Part shown: positions 1 through 6,235 of the stretch, piece after piece
Layout of the letters: every line of letters starts with the position of its first letter
How positions within the stretch are numbered: the first letter of the stretch is position 1
Assembly: GCA_049297375.1 (NCBI GenBank)
Contig: JBAQUF010000046.1
Coordinates: forward strand, 1 to 45,830
From: Patescibacteria group bacterium
GTDB lineage: Bacteria; Patescibacteriota; WWE3; UBA101185; UBA10185
Direction: 5' to 3'
Length of the DNA stretch: 45,830 bases
Translations under genes and position numbers: made by a program
Notes under the pieces: model-generated
The model's input: the letters and a program-made list of their open reading frames with translations, nothing else
What the model was told of the DNA's origin: nothing
The model's database searches: none

Positions 1-117
1 TAAAGCAATATCTGCCAGCATATCCAGTGCATTTTCTTCTGAATAAAATACCTTTTTATTCTTTAGTGGCTTTGATCTGTCCTTTGTTGGAGTTTTTGTT
101 TGTCGCTTATTTAGCAT
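1..117 (-). CDS. partial hypothetical ORF running off the left edge (part of the phage-like module)
   Basis: Not in the ORF track. ATG at 117-115 overlaps the end of ORF 107..364. The frame MLNKRQTKTPTKDRSKPLKNKKVFYSEENALDMLADIAL stays open to position 1. Only 39 codons are visible and no motif is recognised. Confidence 0.25.
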   Translation of the reverse strand, partial: MLNKRQTKTPTKDRSKPLKNKKVFYSEENALDMLADIAL

Positions 118-364
118 TGTTTTGTACTCCTAAAATTAGATCTTGTAATGGTGGTAGACATATTGAGCATGCAAAGTCACCCTCCAGTCGTTGCCAAAAA
201 TCATGTCCGCTACATTTTGGACATGCTGTTGGAATTTCCTTGTAAGTCTCATAGCCTAATTCGTAAAATTCGTTCTTTTCGTTCACTTTTGTGTAAGGTA
301 TTGGTTCTATGTCTATTTGATTTTTCTTTATGAAAATCTTGAGTTTTTCTAAATATGTAGTCAT
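107..364 (-). CDS. small zinc-ribbon protein (phage/plasmid-like)
   Basis: 85 aa with CPKC...x17...CSIC, two CxxC pairs. Lies 22 nt downstream of the primase gene on the same strand. Confidence 0.5.
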   Translation of the reverse strand: MTTYLEKLKIFIKKNQIDIEPIPYTKVNEKNEFYELGYETYKEIPTACPKCSGHDFWQRLEGDFACSICLPPLQDLILGVQNNAK

Positions 365-386
365 ATAAGGTACGAATTCTACGAAT

Positions 387-2456
387 TTACGAATTCAACT
401 GCCTTTCTACAGCAAACCATCGCTCTATGCCGTTGTTACTGTCCATCCTTGCTAAACCTAGTTCCTTTAGTGTTGTCAAAGCTGCGTTAATTATTTCCTT
501 GTCGGAATTATTGTTTAAAGCTCTATGTATCTCTGTTTTAGTCATTCCATTGGGATTGCCTTTTAAAGCACTCAAGACGCGTGTTGTTAGTGAATCTAAT
601 GCTTTTGTTTGGAAGATATATTTGGCAGAGTTTTCTGCATAGTCCCAAACAGCGAGTGCTGCCAATAGGTGAGCAGGTTGTATGAATTTAGATTTATCCA
701 GGAGAGCGTAAATACCTGCAACTCTTGTTACATATGACTCAGCTCGTGAAGTCATGGCACCCAACATGCCTGGTTTACCCTCTGAGAGTTCTGGATATAT
801 GCTTTTCCACAAAGGTTTAGCTTCTTCACTCCATTGAATTTCATCCACAGTACTAGAAAAATTAACTGCGTCTTTAATCTTTAGCGTTAGTCTTTTAATT
901 TCTATGTCAGGTATATATCCACCGAATGCTAGGTAACTGGATCTGCTAACACAGACCCAAAGAAATCTATTACCAAAGCCGTTAAACGTTTCTGTTTCGT
1001 TCAATAATTTTCGCAATTCCTCTCTAGTTATGTGCCCCATAATAGTAATGTGTGCTCCGGTAGCTCTAGCGGGGAAGTTCTTGGAGAGCGTGCATAAGTT
1101 ACCTGTATCCCACGCATCCCTGATTATTGCGGATAATGTATTATCTTTTCTTGCTGAAACCTTTAATACCGATGCAAATTCAGTTTCCATAACGAAAAGT
1201 CTTTTATCTTTTACTCCCTCGTCACTAATGACATCCTGGTAACCCTCTATGGGACCTCTTTTTCCCTTTTGTATTGGTTCGGATTTTGTAACCGCATCTC
1301 GTACATTCCAAATCAAGCCTTCGCCAGAAACTAGTCCTGAGGATATTCTGTAACTCCAAAGTAGATCTATCTCGCTAAAAATCTTCTTTGGATAACCCCA
1401 ACTATCTCCTTTTCTACCTTTTGCTGTTTTTCCAACCAGCACACAAAAAAGTCTCATTGGGTGATAGATCGCTCCTATTTTTATATGAGGTTTTGGTCCT
1501 ATAACAGAACCAAAGGCACACAAAAAATTAAAGAGTAGTGCAGAACTATCTGCCTCTGTTTGAGGTCCTACAGTTTTTACAAAATCTCCAGCAAGACCAA
1601 TAAAAGCCTCCTCAGCAATAGGTGATGGCCAGGGTACATTGCACATTGTTTCGTTATTGAGTGTTTTTTCCTTAAGAATAAATTCTTTTGCAGAATTGAA
1701 AATAGCGTCTACCTCTGTATCGTCCAAGGGAGGTATAAAAGTTTGATTTATACTTACAATTACCAATTTGGCACTTATTAAATCGTAATTTCTGGATAAT
1801 AGTGAGCAGGAAACCCTGTGGAGTGTATCGTTTCTGGTTCCCTCTTTTGCTCCTAGAGCATCTGCAATATCAAAAGGTGGTACATCGGTGCCTGTCGTAT
1901 AATTCTCAGTATGGTCTGTTTCAAGATTGGGAAAACAAGGAAGATTTCTTAACAATTCTTTTGGATCTCCGTTTATAAGCCACTCGTATGATAGTCCATC
2001 AAAAGCTGACGGAGGTATTACGACAAAACCACCATCTCCGCGAACATCTAGGGTTTTACCGCCAACCTTAACTGTGTTGCGGACACCTTCTGCATAGGCG
2101 TAATAACTGTGATAACCACCCGTGATAGTTTTTACCATAACGGGCGACTTGTAGGGGGAATCAGTCTCATCCCAATCTAAAACCGTAACCCCAGATATTT
2201 TTCCGGTAATCAAACCAATTGCATTTACACTTGGGTTTGAGAAACCTGTCTCCAGTTCACTATCTGTTGGCAATTTGTTTTGCAGTTCTCTCCAAGTGGA
2301 GATAGCTGGTTTTTTATCAACTTTCCTGACTTCCTTTCCTCCTATTATCTTTGTTTCATACTCACCGTTTTTATCTAGTTTGTAACTAAGGATTACGGGC
2401 ATAACAGATAATCCGTACGAATTTTTATATATCTTTGCTGTAGATAATAAATTCAT
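387..2456 (-). CDS. bifunctional DNA primase/polymerase (Prim-Pol N-terminal domain) with a DUF3987-like C-terminal helicase-like domain
   Basis: 689 aa. N-terminus has VLDWDETD (DxD), GGYHSYY and DVRGDGGFVVIPPS, typical of the Prim-Pol family. The long C-terminal part resembles phage/plasmid primase P4-type or DUF3987 modules. Confidence 0.85.
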   Translation of the reverse strand: MNLLSTAKIYKNSYGLSVMPVILSYKLDKNGEYETKIIGGKEVRKVDKKPAISTWRELQNKLPTDSELETGFSNPSVNAIGLITGKISGVTVLDWDETDSPYKSPVMVKTITGGYHSYYAYAEGVRNTVKVGGKTLDVRGDGGFVVIPPSAFDGLSYEWLINGDPKELLRNLPCFPNLETDHTENYTTGTDVPPFDIADALGAKEGTRNDTLHRVSCSLLSRNYDLISAKLVIVSINQTFIPPLDDTEVDAIFNSAKEFILKEKTLNNETMCNVPWPSPIAEEAFIGLAGDFVKTVGPQTEADSSALLFNFLCAFGSVIGPKPHIKIGAIYHPMRLFCVLVGKTAKGRKGDSWGYPKKIFSEIDLLWSYRISSGLVSGEGLIWNVRDAVTKSEPIQKGKRGPIEGYQDVISDEGVKDKRLFVMETEFASVLKVSARKDNTLSAIIRDAWDTGNLCTLSKNFPARATGAHITIMGHITREELRKLLNETETFNGFGNRFLWVCVSRSSYLAFGGYIPDIEIKRLTLKIKDAVNFSSTVDEIQWSEEAKPLWKSIYPELSEGKPGMLGAMTSRAESYVTRVAGIYALLDKSKFIQPAHLLAALAVWDYAENSAKYIFQTKALDSLTTRVLSALKGNPNGMTKTEIHRALNNNSDKEIINAALTTLKELGLARMDSNNGIERWFAVERQLNS

Positions 2457-2629
2457 ATAGAAGCCTCCTTATTACCGACAGGAGGCTTTTGAGGATTTGA
2501 GTATTCCTTAAAGCATTCTTCCAGACAAATTTTTACAGACTTACACTCTTTTGCTGCTTTTACTTTTAGAAGTTTATGTAACTTGGAATCTATACGAACT
2601 AATTTTGTTTTAGCGAACTGCTTATTCAT
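2453..2629 (-). CDS. small DNA-binding protein, ribbon-helix-helix-like
   Basis: Track ORF is 2453..2677. The ATG at 2629 (MNKQFAKTKLVRIDSKLHKLLKVKAAKE...) is the more plausible start. It shows a beta-strand then helix pattern like Arc/CopG. Its stop overlaps the primase start by 4 nt. Confidence 0.4.
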   Translation of the reverse strand: MNKQFAKTKLVRIDSKLHKLLKVKAAKECKSVKICLEECFKEYSNPQKPPVGNKEASI

Positions 2630-2826
2630 AGAAAACCTTTCTAGAATAAAAAAGACCCAAAAGTGATATGAAATCATAATTTCGTATCACCCTCAGGTCG
2701 CAGTCTCGCTTGTGGCGAGGTTAGCTTTAACGGGTAAAACCTTGTGTCAGTTAAACTCTATACTCAGCTTATAAAAGTTTTTTATCCTTTGTCAAGTAAT
2801 CTACTTATTTATCTTTTAATTTTTGA

Positions 2827-3249
2827 TTATGAGTTGGTGTAATCGCTTCTCTTTATTACTGTAGCATCGGGGTAATGTGCTGTGAATTCTGGTACCTGCT
2901 CGTCAGGGACGATATAGTTGAATCCCTCAATTCTTTCTGTAGATATATTTTGATTAACGGTATGTTTCAATGAGAACTCGTCGTTCTTTTTTCTTTCTAA
3001 ATACTTCAGTGCCAGATGTGGATCATTCTTAAGTGCCATTACTATAGATTTTCTTGCTACTAAAAACGGGTAGCTTTTATAACTCTCTTTTTGCTCGGAA
3101 TATCCAGGGCTTTTCTTTTGGAATTCATACAGTGTATCAGGATGAATTCCCGCGTAAACACAAGCTTCTGCATCACTGCACCCCCAGAGGAATGCCTCCT
3201 TTAATTTTCCGAGAGTTTGAATTGTCATTTTCTTAGGTCTACCTGCCAT
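2827..3249 (-). CDS. HTH DNA-binding protein, phage terminase small-subunit-like N-terminus
   Basis: 140 aa starting MAGRPKK...LKEAFLWGCSDAEACVYAGIHPDTLYEF. The GRPxK plus HTH pattern is seen in phage small terminase or regulatory proteins. Function is not certain. Confidence 0.5.
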   Translation of the reverse strand: MAGRPKKMTIQTLGKLKEAFLWGCSDAEACVYAGIHPDTLYEFQKKSPGYSEQKESYKSYPFLVARKSIVMALKNDPHLALKYLERKKNDEFSLKHTVNQNISTERIEGFNYIVPDEQVPEFTAHYPDATVIKRSDYTNS

Positions 3250-3306
3250 AGTTTAATTAAATAGGATAGTTTTACACCTTGCAACTTAAAATGTAACAGG
3301 AGGGTT

Positions 3307-3540
3307 TTAAATGAAAAGTTCGTGCATTTGGACTTTTAGTGCTTTGGCTATCTTTGCAATAGTTTCTGTTGAGGGATTGCGTTCTCCTCGTTCAATATAC
3401 CCAATGTAAGCTCTATTTAATCCTGCACTTAGAGCTAAATCTTCTTGGGTTATACTTTTTTCTTCCCTATACTTCCTAATTTTTTCGCCTATTTTTTTAG
3501 ACTGACTTGTAACTTTAACCACACATATAGTTTCAGGCAA
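3307..3540 (-). CDS. XRE-family helix-turn-helix transcriptional regulator
   Basis: ITQEDLALSAGLNRAYIGYIERGERNPSTETIAKIAKAL is a classic HTH_3/XRE motif. The start is uncertain: TTG at 3540 or GTG near 3522. Confidence 0.85.
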   Translation of the reverse strand: MPETICVVKVTSQSKKIGEKIRKYREEKSITQEDLALSAGLNRAYIGYIERGERNPSTETIAKIAKALKVQMHELFI

Positions 3541-3575
3541 TCTTTACCAGCGGTCGACTTACTGGTAGTATAGAT

Positions 3576-3764
3576 ATGATTATGGATAAAAACTTGCGAA
3601 ACGGAATAATAATAGGGATAGCAGTTAGTGCCTTATCCGTTTTCTATTACTTTGTCGTAAGACCCATTCATAATAGTAATGAGTTGGGTAAATGCCTGGA
3701 AAGAGCCGAAAAACAAACTTATTACAAACAAAATTATAGGGACAATTGCTTTAAACAATTCTAA
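3576..3764 (+). CDS. small membrane protein (hypothetical)
   Basis: 62 aa with one hydrophobic helix (GIIIGIAVSALSVFYYFVV). Divergent from the XRE gene and first in a tightly packed plus-strand gene string. Confidence 0.4.
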   Translation: MIMDKNLRNGIIIGIAVSALSVFYYFVVRPIHNSNELGKCLERAEKQTYYKQNYRDNCFKQF

Positions 3765-3766
3765 CT

Positions 3767-4057
3767 ATGAGTAATAACCCAGAGGACACTTCCATTGAAG
3801 AAAAAGTCACCAAGCAATATCAAGCAAGAATAGATTTCATAAGTAAAAGTGATAAACCAGAGGAGCAGAAAGACAAAGAAATAGTCACACTTATGGTGAA
3901 TTGTACTTTTGACCCGAGACTACCCGCAGTATCGTACACATCAAGAAGCCAAGCCGAAAAGTCATTAAAAGTGCAGGAAATACTGGAGTCACTTAGTGAC
4001 GAAGAATTTTTAACAGACTCGTATGTATTGAATTGGCACGATTTACTTAATTCTTAA
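3767..4057 (+). CDS. hypothetical protein
   Basis: 96 aa ORF starting 2 nt after the previous stop. No recognised motif. Confidence 0.45.
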   Translation: MSNNPEDTSIEEKVTKQYQARIDFISKSDKPEEQKDKEIVTLMVNCTFDPRLPAVSYTSRSQAEKSLKVQEILESLSDEEFLTDSYVLNWHDLLNS

Positions 4058-4080
4058 GTGATATTAAGGAGGTAATTATT

Positions 4081-4302
4081 ATGAAAGTATTTCCTACGGG
4101 AAAAGATGCAGCCCTATATAAACAGTTAATAATCGGGAGTGTAATGATTGGTGTTGGTAAAGTTTTAAATGATCTTTATCCATCAGCATCTTTTATATTT
4201 GGATTCATGTGCATTGTTGGAGGAGTGATTTATTTATTAAGTAAAGTATTTGGAAAAAAGAAAACGGTTTTACATAAAGACAACCAAACTATCCTAAAAT
4301 GA
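4081..4302 (+). CDS. small membrane protein (hypothetical)
   Basis: 73 aa with two hydrophobic segments. AGGAGG lies 10 nt upstream. Its TGA stop overlaps the next ATG (ATGA). Confidence 0.5.
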   Translation: MKVFPTGKDAALYKQLIIGSVMIGVGKVLNDLYPSASFIFGFMCIVGGVIYLLSKVFGKKKTVLHKDNQTILK

Positions 4303-5243
4303 CCAATACATTGTTAGATAGATTTAAAGGCTGCTTGATCGGCTTAGCTGTAGGCGACTACTTAGGCTTGCCTATAGAGTTTTGTAAGGCATCCCAGGTT
4401 AAGAACTTCTATCCAAATGGGTTAGAGCCTAGAGCATGCACTAGGGGCAATTCCAGCTATCCGGCAGGTTTTTACACAGATGATACCGCTTTAACAATTT
4501 GTTTAGCGGAATCACTTATTGAAAATGGGTTTGATGTTAAGGATCAATTTCTGCGATATAAGAAGTGGCTAATGGAGGGCTACGCAACGCCGTTTAACGA
4601 CAACGCATATGGTGTGGGTCAAAACACTCTAAGGCAATTACTTACTGCAGATCCGGATAATCTTCCAACAGAGATGAAGAATAACGAGAAACAAGGTGGA
4701 AACGGTGCCTTGATGAAATGCTCTCCGATTGGATTAAGATACTACAAAGATGAAAAAGAGTTGGTGGAAAAGACAATTGCCTCCACAATAATTACACATA
4801 CCAATGAGATCGCTGTTTGGTGCTGTATCGCACATAACCTTTTCATTAGTTATTCCTTGTATGGATATGCTAAAGAAACATTTATTGAAAGGTTCCTATC
4901 CACTTATCAGAATTGCCATGCAAAGCTCCAGGAAGTCTTACAGATGGACTTTAGTACCGTGGACGAGCATTCACTTAGTACATCCGGATATTCGTTAAAT
5001 ACTTTCATTATTTCACTCTATTGCTTCGTAAAAACGGATAACTACAAAGATTGCATAACAAAGGCTATTTTCTTAGGTGGCGATGCGGATACGCAGGGAG
5101 CTGTTGCAGGATCGCTTGCAGGTTGTTACTACGGATATTCAAAGATTCCTAAATCTTTCTTAGTACACCTAATGAAAAAAAGCTATGTTACATCTCTCTC
5201 AGCAAATCTTTGTTCCAGAACCAAGAAAGAACAAGTTAGCTAA
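4299..5243 (+). CDS. ADP-ribosylglycohydrolase family protein (DraG/ARH-like)
   Basis: 314 aa with family signatures: LLDRFKGCLIGLAVGDYLGLPIEF at the N-terminus, FYTDDTALT, and GGDADTQGAVAGSLAGCYYG near the C-terminus. Confidence 0.85.
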   Translation: MTNTLLDRFKGCLIGLAVGDYLGLPIEFCKASQVKNFYPNGLEPRACTRGNSSYPAGFYTDDTALTICLAESLIENGFDVKDQFLRYKKWLMEGYATPFNDNAYGVGQNTLRQLLTADPDNLPTEMKNNEKQGGNGALMKCSPIGLRYYKDEKELVEKTIASTIITHTNEIAVWCCIAHNLFISYSLYGYAKETFIERFLSTYQNCHAKLQEVLQMDFSTVDEHSLSTSGYSLNTFIISLYCFVKTDNYKDCITKAIFLGGDADTQGAVAGSLAGCYYGYSKIPKSFLVHLMKKSYVTSLSANLCSRTKKEQVS

Positions 5244-5526
5244 TAGATTTACCTAAAAGAAACTCAATCAGCCTTATACACGCGTAGGTATAATCATATA
5301 AAATGCTGCCTTTAACTATCAGCTCGGGTCTCCACAATGCTAAACACACTAAGGATATTGAAAATACCAGCCATAGTATTGCTCCTATGGAGAACAAAGC
5401 TATTAGCAACCTATTATTATTCTCAGTTGAAGAAGTTTTTATATTTAGTTTATTTTTATAACCACCTTGTACAGAGTTACCGTCACCAGTTACATTTGTA
5501 GAGAAGTTACTATCTGTTATTTTCAT
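5236..5526 (-). CDS. small membrane protein with N-terminal STNVTGDGNSVQGG motif
   Basis: 96 aa with one strong TM helix (LLIALFSIGAILWLVFSISLVCLALW). Overlaps the upstream 241 aa gene by 17 nt. Shares a motif with that protein's C-terminus. Confidence 0.5.
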   Translation of the reverse strand: MKITDSNFSTNVTGDGNSVQGGYKNKLNIKTSSTENNNRLLIALFSIGAILWLVFSISLVCLALWRPELIVKGSILYDYTYACIRLIEFLLGKSIS

Positions 5527-6235
5527 TATCTAATCCTCCTTGTACTTTATTTCCATTACCTGGAACATTAGTACTTAAATCAATATAATTCTGTGCTACT
5601 ACCTGTTTATCAATTTTGACCTGAACCAAAGTTACACTATCAGAAACCTTTGTCTCATCAAGACTTTCTGACATATGTTGTAATAATTTTACTCCCCTAA
5701 AGACTACTGTTCCAAAATCAGTTAATCTGATTTGGTATCTTCCAAGTAATTTGTTTTCTACCCATCCGGTTGGAGGGTCTACTATCCCAAGATCCACCAA
5801 GAAAAACAGGTAATTATAATTAGCTTGAATCTGTTCTTTACTACCGTCTATTGTAAGTCCATTGCATAATGTCGTGTCCTCTAAAAAATTGAAATCAGTG
5901 GAGCAACCTGCATGTAGTTTTTCATGTAAGATATTGGAGAGATCGGGATTATTACTTTGATAAAGTGTAAGATAAAGTATTCCGCCATCTGCAAGGAAAT
6001 AGTCTTTAGTAAAAAAGTTATGTGAAATTCCAAAAGTCTCCAAATGTTTGAAATAGTCAGGTAGGTATATTTTCTGATCACAAACCTTAATATAATTTAG
6101 AAATTTAAAAAATCTTGGAAATTGTTCTGAGTTTGAATACTCTTCCGCCATCCACCCATTTCTCCCTATGAGACTTTGCAAGGTCTTTGAGTCTTCCAGA
6201 TTACTTTGAGTAAGATATATTACCTCTTTACTCAT
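5510..6235 (-). CDS. hypothetical protein (C-terminal STNVPGNGNKVQGG motif)
   Basis: 241 aa. Start overlaps the stop of the 990 aa gene by 8 nt, so the two look translationally coupled. No recognised domain. Confidence 0.55.
   Translation of the reverse strand: MSKEVIYLTQSNLEDSKTLQSLIGRNGWMAEEYSNSEQFPRFFKFLNYIKVCDQKIYLPDYFKHLETFGISHNFFTKDYFLADGGILYLTLYQSNNPDLSNILHEKLHAGCSTDFNFLEDTTLCNGLTIDGSKEQIQANYNYLFFLVDLGIVDPPTGWVENKLLGRYQIRLTDFGTVVFRGVKLLQHMSESLDETKVSDSVTLVQVKIDKQVVAQNYIDLSTNVPGNGNKVQGGLDNENNR

Larger units (their letters stand above)
1..3540 (-). mobile_element. phage/plasmid-like replication-regulation module (fragment of an integrated element; borders not in the window)
   Basis: Co-directional XRE repressor, HTH/terminase-like, RHH-like, Prim-Pol/DUF3987 primase and zinc-ribbon genes. 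No integrase or att site is visible. Confidence 0.5.
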
